NCBI GenBank assembly: GCA_051942245.1
Contig: JAVECL010000058.1
Coordinates: forward strand, 1-64,000
Length of the DNA: 64,000 nucleotides
Origin: Trypethelium eluteriae
Taxonomy: Eukaryota
Direction of reading: 5' to 3'
The notes beneath the pieces are model-generated. The model was not told the origin of the DNA. It ran no database searches and saw nothing but the letters and a program-made list of their open reading frames with translations. Position 1 is the first letter of the stretch. Each line of letters begins with the position of its first letter. Positions 24,011 through 36,395 of this stretch are shown here, in pieces. Position numbers and translations under genes: made by a program.

Positions 24011-25477
24011 TCAAGCACCATCCTGCGCGGTCTCCCTGACCACTTGATCGACGGCCTTTGCGAAATACTCGAAGTTCTTACTGTTCAGTCCAGCCATTGA
24101 GATCCTGCCGTTCTTCGTCATGTACACATGGAATTCCTCCCTCAATCTTAGCACTTGCTTCTCGGTGAGCCCCGTAAAACTGAACATGCCGATTTGATCG
24201 GTGATATGGTCCCAGGTTCCCGGTGTGCCCATTTTATCTAACGCTGCCTTCAGCTTCTGCCTCATGTCAATAATCCGACCACTCATAGTCCGAAGGTTCG
24301 CCTCCCACTCCGCGAAGAGCTTGTCATCGTTGAGGACTAGAGACGCAATTCGAGCACCGTAAGCTGGAGGGTTACTAATCTCGGATCGCTGGAGAATGGC
24401 AAGCTGCGAGGCAACTCGGTTTGCCGTCTCAGAGGCATCGGAAGCTGGGCCGGTGACGAAATGGAAGCATCCTGCACGTTCGCCATAGAGACCAAAGTTC
24501 TTGGCGTATGATTGGGCAATGCACATTTCAAATCCTTCTTGGATGAAATGACGGATTGCCCATGCGTCTCGAGCAAGATCTCCTGATGCGAACCCTTGGT
24601 AGGCACAGTCGAAGAAGGGAAAGTGGTTCTTGTTGTGGATCGTCTTGGCGATCTGCTTCCATTGCTCTTGGGTAGGGTCGACTCCAGTTGGATTGTGTGC
24701 ACAAGCATGAAGAACGATTATGCTTCCGTCTGGTGCCTTGTCTATTGCATCGATCATACCATCAAAGTCGAGTCCTTTAGTTTTGGCGGAGAAGTAGGGA
24801 TATGTCTTAATTGGGAGTTGAACGTTGGTGAAGATTTGGTTGTGGTTGGCCCATGTTGGCGAGGAGAGATACACCGCCTTCTCTTGACCTTGTCTGTAAA
24901 ATTTTGCAAGGAAAAGCGCTCCAAGGTGGACTGCTCCTGTGCCTGAGATGGTTTGAAAACTGCGAACCTGGAGATGTGGTCAATGAGAAGGAAGGCAGCT
25001 TGTAAACGGACGGCACCTACCCGCTGTTCCTTGATTGCAGGACTGTCAGCCCCAAGAAGTACCTTCTGTGATGCATTGGTGAACTCTGCTAGACCGGCAA
25101 TTGGAAGATATTCGTGATTGAGATTTGGATCTTCGTGTAGCTTTTGGTCCGCCTAGGATTATTTCTATCAGCACCAGCTTGCAAGCTACCCAAATGCCGC
25201 TTCACCATACGTGTTTGACGACTGGTAAAATCCACGGTTTAGCATTGTCATCCCTGTAAGCTCCAATACCCAGGTCAACTTTCTTGTCGGATGTGTCCTT
25301 GCGGTAAGCTGCCATCAACCCGAAGAGAGGGTCTTCGGGCGCTTGAGGAACTGCATCAGAGCGAAAAGCAGTCGGCTTTGCGACGGCCATTTGTCCTGAA
25401 ATTTGTCCTGAAATTTGTTGGAGTCGATTTTGAGGGTTGTTGAGGTTGGAGCGAAAAGTTGAAGCTGCAGGTGGCAT
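24011..25477 (-). CDS. AAT2: Aspartate aminotransferase, cytosolic type, with N-terminal extension (3 exons)
   Basis: VPQAPEDPLFGL, DLGIGAYRD, LHACAHNPTG, PLP Lys motif QSYAKNFGLYGER, GRISMAGL; introns 25153-25210 and 24968-25020. Confidence 0.95.
25389..25418. repeat. 12-bp tandem repeat (~2.5 copies) encoding QISG-QISG-Q in the AAT N-terminus
   Basis: ATTTGTCCTGAA ATTTGTCCTGAA ATTTGT on the + strand. Confidence 0.85.
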
Positions 25478-25871
25478 GTCGTACCCGAGCTTCCTGGACG
25501 TATGCGGTAGCTACAGACGTGGCGGAACTCGTTTCACTTTGGTCTCACCGCCAGATGGTAGGTCAATATCCGATGAACACTGAGATTCGAACGAACACTT
25601 TTGACAAAGTGCATGTTTATTTCCCCGGCTACTAGATGTCCTCGGTTGTGAGGGTTAGCGGTCACTGGGGACTATCAGGGACTTCCGGTTTGTGATGACC
25701 TCAAAGATTTCCATCTCTCGGTAGAGACCGAGGTCCAGCGCAGACCAATCACACGACAATGATACTTAGTCAGACGGTGAGACCATCAGAAACGTTTTTC
25801 ACATGTGTTAAAACGTTATAGAACAGTCTTACAGGGTTGATCTCCCAAATGCAGCGGGTACTAGAATGATG

Positions 25872-27086
25872 CTAGAATATCAAATCCCAAATAATAAGCG
25901 TAGTGCACAACGCGCTCGTCCCCCAAAATACCATTTGAGCTGTGCTTCTCCGTTCAGCGGCCTTCTTCAACTCTTTATTGCCCTTGCCCACGTTCTCTTC
26001 TGTGAAGGACGAGTCTTGAACAAGCTGGTCTATGTGTGCGGACTGCACCGCAAGATTGTTCGCTAGGGTCGTTTGCAATTCGGATATTTCGATCAAAGAC
26101 CGCTCCGCATTTCTTCGTAGGTAGTTAGTCATTGATCCGTGAGCCAGTACGGGTGAGAGACTGACCTGACTTGATCCAATGTATCTTCGTAGTGTTTCAG
26201 CATACCTTGGTTCTCCTCTTCGAACAACTGCAGTTGCTCTGAGCTCAACGATTGTTCGGCTTCTATCCTACTCTTATCATCCACGGCAGCAGTTGGAGAT
26301 AAAGTATTGTAACTTGGTTTCTTGAGCTCTTTAGGTGCATGCCCATTCATCGCGGTTGCATCCAAACTTGTCGAGAAGTCGCTTGGCCGCGCCCCTTGAT
26401 TCTTGTAGAGAATACTCTTGCTTTTCTCCATTTCTCTTGTGAGCCTCACCTCCATCATCTCGCTTTGCACCCTTCCGCATTCCTCTAGCCGTCGCTGTAG
26501 AAACCAGATGACACCTTCTCGATGCATTTTCAGTGTATTCGCCTTAGCCTCTTCGGCTTCTTCCTCTGGACTTTTGGCTGTGATTGCACCACCTGCTGCC
26601 CATCGTCCCAGTGCGCCCAATCCATCTCGCGCTCGCTTCTTCAGCGCAATCTGAGATTCAATTGCCTGCCGTTGCTGCTCAGTCTCCGAAAGGGTGTCAA
26701 TTGCTGCATTGAGTTCGCGCAGTAATTTCTTTGCCTGTGCATCGATCTCGGTACGCTGCTGATCGGTGAGGTATTTACGATCCTTGTCTTGGGCACGGAT
26801 TGATATGGACTCTTCGCGTGTCAATTGCTTCCTTCGCGGCGGATGGGCAACTGAGAGATAGGACTGTCGTATTGAGCGTAGATAGCTATTTAGCTCGACT
26901 AGCCGCGAATTCTGGAGCTATGAGGAAGTTGCCATTATCGAGAAGCATTGGCTGGAGCCTACTTACGATACTGTAAGCTTCCTTGAGAAATTCATCCAGC
27001 TCTTGTACATTGTATTGACGAGTCCGGATACGGACTTTACCATGCTTCTGCAAGCAGGTCTCGAATAAGGGTGTAATGTCGGCCAT
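25872..27086 (-). CDS. UFE1: ER t-SNARE, syntaxin-18/Ufe1 family (3 exons)
   Basis: MADITPLF..DEFLKEAYSI, YLRSIRQSYL, LQLFEEEN, AERSLIEISELQ, NVGKGNKELKKA and a C-terminal TM tail ending IWDLIF. Confidence 0.88.
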
Positions 27087-27554
27087 TCAAATGCGGCTTA
27101 AAGAATGGTGATGATGGATCATTGCTGGCAATTTTCTGGTACATTGGTGGACCGAGCTTCGGACCCTATTTCTTGGCACCGAATCGACGAAAAAGGGTGA
27201 GTATCGTAATGCACCACCCGCACCTCTTATCGGCAATGCGGCACCAGATGGATATGGAGAGTCCAGCATACTGGCAGTGCTAAATATCTAGCGTAATCAT
27301 GGACTTCAATGTAAGTCTCGCGATAATTGTGACGATGTTCATCAATTTTATGATCAATTTCCATTTGCTGCGCTTTCCATTCACAAGTTCCCAACATGGA
27401 AACACCACGTTAAAGTAATTGTGTTGTGTCCTATTTGGCTATTTTAATATTTCAACACTTCTGAAAAAGGCCTATTGGCTCGTGACCTTATCACAATCCC
27501 AATCACCGAGGTTTTGTCGTGGCTCTTCCACATTATATCCAGAATGAAATCGGA

Positions 27555-29342
27555 ATGGGCCATCTAAATCCACTTTCTCAAATCAGCAAAGAGACGGCCA
27601 TGGATGTAGTGAGTGAAGCGCATAGAATATCAGGCGATACTGCAGCTCCAGACTTATCAGACAGGGATGAAGTGTTCAAAGAGACGGAGCAGCTATCCGA
27701 AGAAAAGCAGCTAGAGCTCAACGCTGAGCGGATCGAGCAGCTTCCTCCATCGGGTCAAGATGAAGACGAAGAATCCCCCGAGGGACCTCCGCGCGATCTG
27801 GAGGCTTTGGCAGCTACCTTATCGAACGATCCTCTACATTCGGTCTTCAGCAAAAGGCAGAAATGGTTCATAGTCTTCATGGTTGGATGTGCGGGATTCT
27901 TTTCACCTCTCTCGGCCAACATATATTTTCCAGCTCTGAATACTCTAACTCAGGAATACCATACCACTAGCTCAGTGATGAATCTTACTTTGACTTCCTA
28001 TATGATATTCCAAGGCCTCGCCCCGACAATCTTTGGTGACCTGGCGGACATGGCAGGACGGCGGCCAGCATATATCATCGGCTTCATCATCTACGTTGGA
28101 GCTTGCGTCGGCATAGCTCTTCAAAACACCTACGCAGGTCTCCTCGTGCTTCGATGTCTGCAAAGCAGCGGTAGTAGCGCCACAATCGCGCTTGGCAGTG
28201 GAGTTGCTGCAGACATAGCGACTGCCGCAGAACGTGGAACTTACATGGGCTGGGTGACGACTGGTCCAATGATCGCTCCCCCTCTCGGTCCGGTACTAGG
28301 TGGCCTTCTTGCTCAATACCTTGGCTGGCGCTCCATCTTTTGGTTCCTCTCGATTTGCGCTGGAGTCTTTCTCATCCCTTTCTCCATCGCTTTTCCCGAG
28401 ACAGGTCGCAACGTGGTTGGCAACGGCTCCATCCCATCCCAGGGCTGGAACATGTCCCTACTGAACTACCTCAAGACGCGCAAAGCCGTTCGAGGAAGCC
28501 CCTCCAACGACCTATCCCGCCCGACATCTCGTGAATCGAACCGCCTCGCCCAGCAATCCCTCGCGCGCCAACGCCGCCTCCGCTTCCCCAACCCGCTCAA
28601 CACCCTCAAGCTCATCCGCGAAAAGGACGTCGGCATGCTCCTCCTGTACAACTCGCTCATCTACACCGCCTTCTACGACGTCATCGCCAGCCTCCCATTC
28701 CTCTTCCAGCAGACCTACGGCTTCAACTCCCTCCAAGTCGGCCTCTGCTTCATCCCCTTCGGCATCGGCTGCTTCGCCGCCCCGCTCCTCAACGGCCGCC
28801 TCGTCGACTGGAACTTCCGCCGCGTCGCCGCTCGCCTCCATGTCGCTGTCGACCGGCACCGCGGCAACAGCTTGCACGACTTCCCGATCGAGCGCACGAG
28901 GATCCAGGTCGCGTATCCGCTGCTTTACACGGGGACTGCGGCGTTGCTGGCGTATGGGTGGGTGATGCAGATGGAGAGGCCGGCGTTGGCGGCGCCGCTG
29001 GTGCTGCAGTTTCTCATGGGCATTGCGCTAACGGGTGCCTTTCAGTGCTTAAGTGTGTTGCTGGTGGATCTATATCCGTTGAGTCCGAGTACGGCGACGG
29101 CGTCGAATAATCTGGTGAGGTGTCTGATGGGGGCGGCGGGGACGGCGGTCATTATTCAGATGATTGAGGGGATGGGAAGGGGGTGGTGCTTTACGTTCCT
29201 GGCGGCGGTGATTTTTGTGACGAGTCCGATGATGTGGGCTTTGACGAAGTGGGGGCCGGGGTGGAGGGAGGAGAGGAGAGTGAGGATGGAGAAGGAGAAA
29301 GAAAGGATGGTGGTGGAAAAGGATAGCGGAAGAAATACATAG
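27555..29342 (+). CDS. MFS drug:H+ antiporter (DHA1, Qdr-like)
   Basis: SPLSANIYFPAL, GDLADMAGRRP, AERGTYMG, GWRSIFWFL, STATASNNLVRC; about 12 hydrophobic segments. Start at ATG 27555 or 27600. Confidence 0.92.
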   Translation: MGHLNPLSQISKETAMDVVSEAHRISGDTAAPDLSDRDEVFKETEQLSEEKQLELNAERIEQLPPSGQDEDEESPEGPPRDLEALAATLSNDPLHSVFSKRQKWFIVFMVGCAGFFSPLSANIYFPALNTLTQEYHTTSSVMNLTLTSYMIFQGLAPTIFGDLADMAGRRPAYIIGFIIYVGACVGIALQNTYAGLLVLRCLQSSGSSATIALGSGVAADIATAAERGTYMGWVTTGPMIAPPLGPVLGGLLAQYLGWRSIFWFLSICAGVFLIPFSIAFPETGRNVVGNGSIPSQGWNMSLLNYLKTRKAVRGSPSNDLSRPTSRESNRLAQQSLARQRRLRFPNPLNTLKLIREKDVGMLLLYNSLIYTAFYDVIASLPFLFQQTYGFNSLQVGLCFIPFGIGCFAAPLLNGRLVDWNFRRVAARLHVAVDRHRGNSLHDFPIERTRIQVAYPLLYTGTAALLAYGWVMQMERPALAAPLVLQFLMGIALTGAFQCLSVLLVDLYPLSPSTATASNNLVRCLMGAAGTAVIIQMIEGMGRGWCFTFLAAVIFVTSPMMWALTKWGPGWREERRVRMEKEKERMVVEKDSGRNT

Positions 29343-29699
29343 TGGGCAATGGGAACGAGGAACAAGGGATGGCTCGTTCCAAGGAACGGATACGCTAGGT
29401 AGGTGATTGAAAGTACACAATTCTTGGCCTGGCAAGTTTGACTTCCCCAGTAGGTGTTGACCAGTGCTGTTGTCCCTGTCCCCTGATTCAAAACGAAAAT
29501 TCCTGTTCGGGGAGTTCCCCTGCATTCGCCACTAAACACATAGGATCTAAGAAGTCTTCTATTCGATTCCAACAATATAAGAATCGTGAACGGTAGTAAG
29601 CAACAATGAAGTCTTTCACAAAAAGGTCTTCAACAGACGACATTCACGTCTCAAAGATTGTGTCATGTCAGAGAGCCGATGGCCATTAGGAGATCTGTT

Positions 29700-30380
29700 C
29701 TTCGGAACTTGATTATATTGCTGGAGAATGGTAAATAATGCGCAATATCAAGGATCTAGATTGTGACTAACGACGCAAAGTGTCTTCTGCGAGGTAGTGG
29801 TCCCCAAGTAGTAGTCTAGAAAAGTACGAGACTCCCCTCCATTAACTTCGTGGCCGGATCAAACGAGCACCGCATCATGCTTCGAGGTTAGTTGGATAAT
29901 ACGAAGAGCCATCGAGGGTGTTGTAAGAATGTAGTCGTACTTCCAAAACCGTTCCTTTGTCGAAAGACGCACCCCGTCAGGAGACAAATTCCTGGTCTAA
30001 GTACTTCAAGAGTCTCTTACGCGAGGTTAAAGTTCATATTAGTATACTGTTGTTCTTTAGCTACTATTTCTCCACCAAGGAACTAGTCTATAACGAGAGA
30101 ATCTTCCCGGGTGATCCTGACGTCGATCGGACGCTAGTTCCTATAGGTACAGCTATGATAGCCGCTGCGGCCAAGTCTCTCCTGCTTATTCACGACGACT
30201 TACATATAGTCAGATCTTGGTGATGTAGTGAGATGGTGCCATTGAGAGAGTATAGAGGTATTCGCTTCATAGGACAGTATGTGCCGGGACTCTCGTTGGG
30301 TGGACGAGGAGCCTTGGTCTCGCGACACAGGGATTCAGCTTATCTTGGCGATCGCAAGTGTGCTTGTGCTACCATGTATC
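29700..30380 (+). pseudogene. Possible degraded aminoglycoside-phosphotransferase-like gene
   Basis: Scattered fragments DYIAGE, NSWSKYFKSLL, LIHDDLH then, after a frameshift, QILVM**DGAIERV, resembling the HGDLHxxNILV..DG motif; many stops and TpA-rich. Confidence 0.3.
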
Positions 30381-30550
30381 GAAGGAGGTACCGTTCTACC
30401 GTTTCTGGAAGCCTATGCAAGTCGAACTGCCTGTTTCGACCTGTACATTTGCTGCGTGTGTTGTCGCCTGACGCTACGGGTGCTGTCTGCAGGCTGCTTG
30501 TCACACGTTTTCCCATCACTTTTGCCTATCCCCACAGTAAGCAAACATAC

Positions 30551-30681
30551 CTAGCCAAAGCCAGTCAGGTAATACTGGCAGAAGGTCTTCCTTCTGACCT
30601 GCCTAAAACATACCGTGCCCTAGCTGATTGGGCCACGTCCCTCTCTCTAACCTCCTTCATCACGCACGCGGACGACGCTCG
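30551..30681 (+). mobile_element. pogo/Fot1-type DNA transposase N-terminal remnant
   Basis: KASQVILAEGLPSDLPKTYRALAD / frameshift / GHVPLSNLLHHARGRRS resembles the HTH start of fungal pogo-like transposases as recalled (ASxVLAxGxPxxxPKSYRALAD..VPxSTLHHRARGRRS). No TIRs seen. Confidence 0.7.
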
Positions 30682-30740
30682 CCTTACCAACCCACTACTA
30701 CCGAGACCCTCGACCTTTCGAAGCTTTCACCTTCTTTATC

Positions 30741-31380
30741 ATGGCGGTGCTTTCTAAGCTGCTCGGGTGCTGTTGTCTTTGGGAGGATCCAGAACCCTCC
30801 GAATCCGACGAGAAGCAGCGTCTCAAAAACACCGACTATGTCCCATACCAAGATAATAAAAGCGAAGCCGAAGTAGCTCATGACATTATCATCAAATTGT
30901 TCGCAGCAGAGAAGAATGATGCCGCTCTCCGGGCCGACCTTCAATCCACTGTCCACGCGTGCGGCTGGTACGACGGTCTTGCTGCCGCTATTCTCAGCGC
31001 TTTGGAACAAGCCATCAAGCTGAATGCGGACATGGGCTCAGCTATGAAAGACGCGTATGGAAAAGCTGCCGCCGCTGTCAATCATATCACGGAGTGGGCA
31101 GAGGCGCACCCAGAGATGGCTGCAGTCGTTGTTACCCTCATTGCGCTCGGAGTCCTTGCTCTGATGATGCCGTGGTTGATGGCGTATTTAGGCTTCACAG
31201 AGGAAGGTATTCTCGAAGGTAAGTTTGTTGGATGCTTTTGCAATGCAATGTCTTGACAATTAAATAGCATCGTGGGCTGCCCGCTGGCAAACAAGCTATC
31301 GAGGCTTTGTGCCAAAAGGTTCACTGTTTTCCTACTTGCAGAGCCTTGGAACCAAGATTGGACGAAACTGGCATGGCTAG
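30741..31380 (+). CDS. Small membrane protein with IFI6/IFI27 (ISG12)-like C-terminal motif (2 exons)
   Basis: Intron 31219-31267; spliced C-terminus AVVVTLIALGVLALMMPWLMAYLGFTEEGILEASWAARWQTSYRGFVPKGSLFSYLQSLG. Confidence 0.78.
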
Positions 31381-31604
31381 GATCATCGCTTGCCTACGAG
31401 GACAGCCACAGGAAGAATGCAAACAGGGAAATGGAAAAGCCAGTCATGGACGTATAGTGCAAAAGATTATGTGAGAGAGGCCGACTTCGAAGAAAAGGGC
31501 TAGGGCGATGGTGCTTGACTTTCACGAGGTGTAGAACAACAGTGCTGCATACATAGCTTCAGCTATTGAACTCCGTCACAATTTGAGCCCTCCGACCCAC
31601 CTAG

Positions 31605-32710
31605 TTACCCCTCAGAGCGGTCAGGGACAGTAATCATCAGCCCAAGAGCTACGTTCCCAGCTTTGATGAACTCTAAGCAATAATTACACAACGGACGGCT
31701 TACAAGGATTGCTGCTTGATTAAGGAAGACAGGCGGCTCGGCCAGGTGTAGAAGTTCACCTTCCTCGAATTCAATCAGAACGTGTTTGCTGATGAAATAT
31801 GCTATGAGCTGCTTCTCCGCGTGGCTAGCGATATATTGTCCCCTCGATCCTTGGTCGCGGTTCTCACGATTCTGAAGTTGGTGACCAGCCATTCGAGAAA
31901 TCCTCATAACTTCGTTTGTCCACTCCCTTCCTGAAACGGTAATCTTTGTTTTTCCGTGGCTGCAGCCGCTTATGGCCGCAATAGCAGGGTACCCTGATGG
32001 ACGCTTAAGGGAAGCCACTGTTTTCCACTCGTTTGGACCGGGATATTCTGCGATACGCGCATCAAGCTGTATCGTCCCTCGATCCGACTTCTTAACGAGT
32101 ACGCCTGGAATGCTTGACCCTGTACGAATACCAATCTACTCTTGCTGTGTTGTTGATCCTTTAGCAGCTCAGTAGTCCATCTCCGAGCCTGGTTGGCTAC
32201 GTAGGTGATTTCCCGATATACTTGGTATTCTTCTCCAGAACGTAGATAACGCTTTTCATCGTTTTGAGGACTTGTTCCGCAAGGTTGGTAGTAATGCGAC
32301 CATGGGCGTCTCGAAGGTCTTTGTTGGAAACATGTTCTAGAAGATCTTTGACATTCGACTCGTCCTCAACGCGCTGCGTCCATTAGTGGAGACCTGCCGA
32401 TCTTATTCTGACTGTCGATATCTGCTCCATGTTCGAGTAGAAGCCTTAGCGTTTCGGGTTATTTCTCGCAAGCCACCAAATTCAGTACTGAGTTCCCCTC
32501 CTCATCAATGCTATGCAAGAAGATCTCCGCCTTCGAGCTGGTGCGTGTAAAATTTTCGACATTGTGGTCTCCGAACATCGACATTGGTTCACAACATGAT
32601 CCATCCTCCTCATAATGAAGGTATCATCTCCTTCAATTGCCTGTTGTATGCGCGTAATGTCTTGTCCTCTGTGCCAATCGTGATCGTTTCGATAGCGTCT
32701 TCCCAAAATT
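31605..32710 (-). pseudogene. Ankyrin-repeat plus C-terminal zinc deaminase gene, disrupted
   Basis: Minus strand reads VLNLVACEK*PETLRLLLEHGADIDSQNKIGRSPLMDAAR*GRVE / frameshift / NVKDLLEH (ankyrin), then an open segment with SHAEKQLIAYF and SRPLCNYC. 5' limit approximate. Confidence 0.8.
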
Positions 32711-33885
32711 CGGCTATCAGGTAGGTATTATCGCAGTCTCATCGTCGCACAACTTCACATCTCATCGTATACGAAAGCCGACTGTTTTGGAGATAAGTTT
32801 GAGGGTGAGAACATCAACCCTTACTGACGTTGCTCGAAGCTTGTCTAAAAATATATTGTTCATCTCGTACATACAACAGCGATGGTGTTGGACCGGCATA
32901 TTGTAAGAAGCTAGACCGGCACCCCGGGCCGATCGGGTCAGATGCTTGGCGAATTCTCTCATCTTGTCACCGGCGGCTCAGGAGAAAACTTTCAGCTCTC
33001 CAACCATCCTATTCAATCATGCCGTCTGAATGTTTGTTTCCGTGTCATTCACAGGTAATGATCTTCAGACATACTGATGATACTACCACTGCAGACTAAA
33101 GACTGCTCATGCTTCGCCAACTTTCCGGCGAGCCGCTCCGTTGAGTCCTCGCCGACCGGTAGATAAGCCATCTCTACGCATTTTTCTGGAGGCTCGCTTT
33201 CGGCTTTGGCTTACGCTATCTTGTCTTCGATTCGCACTAGTTGTTGCAATAGAAATTGCTAGGGTTTCTCCTGAGAACAACACGACAGTTCTTACCGGCA
33301 CCTATGGACCGGTGAATGCCAAGGATGTCTCTTCTATCTGAAGACAGTGTCGCTTTCCGTTCTTCATCGGGGGACTCGATCGCGTGCAAACTATTTGCCT
33401 GCAAGTAGTCCTTGCCCGTGGAAGGACGAATCCTCCCTTCCTTCGCAACTACACGAATCCGGTGCGCGTTACCTGCCATTTGCTTTTGCCTGCCCATACT
33501 CGACACTTCACAGAGCCCTCCTGGTAGCGGCTGAAGTTGTTGGATGTTTTGCGACGCTAATTCTCCCCCCTCTAACCAGCTTGTGGTGGGATGCACAACG
33601 TAAGTGTAGGTTAGCAAAAGTTGGATCTTGATATAACATGTAATTGTTAGTATACTGTCGCTGACCATGTTGGCCGCATGTGTCGCTGCATCGCGACGAC
33701 TACCTGGCCATCTGCACTGCTTCAACAGTCTTCAGAAAGAGTCAACCTCTCTTCGTGTTGTCGCAATGCAATCATCGATCGAGTAAGCAGGCATAAAGCT
33801 TCTACGCCTCACCGGTTCTTAGATCTTACCCTATTCATGCCTTGCTGTCGACTTCTTGGGTCTTCTTTCCTCTCTCCTTTTTTCC

Positions 33886-35454
33886 ATGAGTGCCAAAATG
33901 ATTAAGTCTGTAAATCATGGCCCATGGCATGCCAGATCTCGATATCCGCTTTTCGTTGCAATCTCCCTGATTATCTTCTTCTGGTTTGCTTTTCGAGGAA
34001 ATGAGCACGTGCCAAGCTTTGGCAGAGTTACGAGATTGGACTGGTGGAGCTTTGATACTGAACGGGATCAACGAAACCTTGGCTTGACTGATGAGCAATG
34101 TGAAGTCAGATAATCACGATGATTTCTTGAATGCGACATTTCTAACACGAATTCGACAGACGGCTTTTCCCAAACTCTGGTTTGAGATTGAAAGAGCACG
34201 AGATTGGCATTTGGCACAGGGCGGTATAAGACCTGACCAAATCGCATTGTGGCCAGACGAGCCAGACAAAGCTCATAGTCAGGTGAAAGCACTGATATTC
34301 AATGGCCAGGTACGTTGTCCGTGTTCTCACTGGTCTATGCATTAGCGCTCATGACTCCACCAGCTATATATCGTCGGAGAGAAGCAAGGAGTACCTGACA
34401 GACATCGAGTCCTTGGTGGGTTATCGAACCTCTATCGTGCCATGATGGCTTTGCCGGATCCCAGAGTGCTCCCGAATATTGAGTTTACCATGGATGCCAA
34501 TGATAAATCTCAGAGCATGCTAGCCGATGGTCTGACTCGTCCTGGCCGCACTGTTTGGACATGGACTCGCCATGTGACGGACAATGATTCATTTGTCATG
34601 CCCGACTTTGACGGATGGGCTTTCCCGGATGATACTCTTGGAGGCTACGCTCCATTCCGAGATCGGGTCATGGCTATCGACAAACCATTCCAAGAGAAGA
34701 TCCCGCAGGCATTTTGGAGAGGATCGATGGGTGTTGCCCACGAGCTCAGACAGGGCTTAGTAGACGCGGCCGTCGGCAAACCTTGGAGCGATGTCAAAGC
34801 ATTGGACGGAGAACATAAGATTATCGCTATGCACGAGCATTGCAATTGGCAATACATCGTCCACACTGAGGGTACATCTAGAAAAAATGCAGATTGAAAT
34901 TCCGTGGAAAGACTGACAGCGCTTTAGGAAATTCATGGAGCGGCCGGCTACGGTATTTGCAGAACTGCAATTCTGCTGTCATCGTTCATAACCCCCTCAA
35001 TTGGATTGCCCATTACTATCCAGTTATGGAATCCGAGGGCTCGTCTCAGGTATGCCCGAGCTTAGTTCCAGTCTTCTTGAGCCCAGCTAATCGCCCTGTG
35101 TAGAATTACATTCCGGTCCGAAATGATTGGACTGATCTCGACGAGAAAATGCAATATTATCTTTCTCACTCCGATGAAGCTGAAAGTATTGCCGCCGAAG
35201 GTGCTCGCGTCTTCCGCGACCGTTACCTCACCCCTGCCGCCGAAGCCTGTTACTGGCGCAAATTGGTCCGCGAGTATGCCAAAGCGCAGTCATGGGAGCC
35301 CCAGCTGTATAAAAATGTTACGAACGAGGATGGAACGATGCAATTGAAGCGAAGAGGAGTGAGTTGGGAGCGATTCGTGTTCAGGCCGCCGAAGCCCTTG
35401 GATTATCTCTCAAGGAAGATCGAAAACTGGAACGAGATTGACTTTGACGATTGA
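33886..35454 (+). CDS. Glycosyltransferase family 90 (CAP10/DUF821-like), type II membrane protein, multi-exon
   Basis: N-terminal TM, RNLGLTDEQCE|TAFPKL, LPNIEF, MPDFDGW, KIPQAFWRG, HTEGNSWSGRLRYLQNCNS, FRDRYLTPAAEACYWR. Confidence 0.9.
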
Positions 35455-36247
35455 AAGCGTGTTACGGTGCATCGAGAATCCAAGGTCTGTACATAACCCT
35501 TTGTCAGGCGTCCAGAATGACTGGTTAGCGGCTATGGAGTGCACGCAACGCGGTGTGCATGGTGACGCCTTTTGTGAATAGGATTCTTTTGGTTCTGCCC
35601 TGTATACTTCCGGATTCAAGATGTGGTTATGGCACAAACTCTTTGCATGCGGCCGATATGCCAGGAGGGAAATCATTCAAAGCCTGACAAACAGTAAGCG
35701 TATGAGCTCGCCGATCAAAGGTCTTCGAACGCTGCTCATAACCAACCGTGTGAAGACGCACAGTTCGTATCGACGACAATTCACAATAGATTTGTAGGAA
35801 GTCTCGAATCGCTTGCGTCCGCAGCCATTCGTGTTCATGGCGTTGAGCCGAGGAGTCCGGGCATTTGAGCAAGAACAGATACCATGCAATCTATCTAAGA
35901 CCCTCTGTGGCCAGCGGCATCCCATTCTTGAGCAGATAATTGGGACGTTCTCAACTCGGCCGCAGTTAAGACTCGATTTCTTACTCCAGGGTTAGCTCCT
36001 TCGATTCACACTTTCGTTGCCAATAAATAAAGCCCTTTCAATTGGTGCTTGGTTGAGTCCTGGTGCCCCACTGTTTTGAAATCGCTTGTGAGATGTAGCC
36101 TTAGATAACCTGTGATCCCAATTACGGTGGTTGGGTTTGTCGCTTATTTCAACACGTCTAGACTCTCATTCTCACAGTATCCCGTGCCACAACCACGTAA
36201 GTTTGCATTTCCTGGTCCGTCTATTGTCCCTTCCTTCTTTTTCTCGT

Positions 36248-36383
36248 CAACCTTGTTCCTGAGCACTTCAATTAATACATTGATCCTCAGCAACTCATCT
36301 GCTACATCGATCCTCAGCAACTCATCTAATACATCAGTCCTCAGCACTCCAACCACTACACCAATCCTCAGCACTTCGAATAA
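36248..36383. repeat. 27-bp imperfect minisatellite, ~5 copies
   Basis: Units such as TACATTGATCCTCAGCAACTCATCTGC / TACATCGATCCTCAGCAACTCATCTAA / TACATCAGTCCTCAGCACTCCAACCAC / TACACCAATCCTCAGCACTTCGAATAA. Confidence 0.85.
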
Positions 36384-36395
36384 AAACACATCACC

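Noticed and set aside
36248..36383. CRISPR-like array
   Set aside because: Eukaryotic context; contiguous degenerate units without unique spacers.
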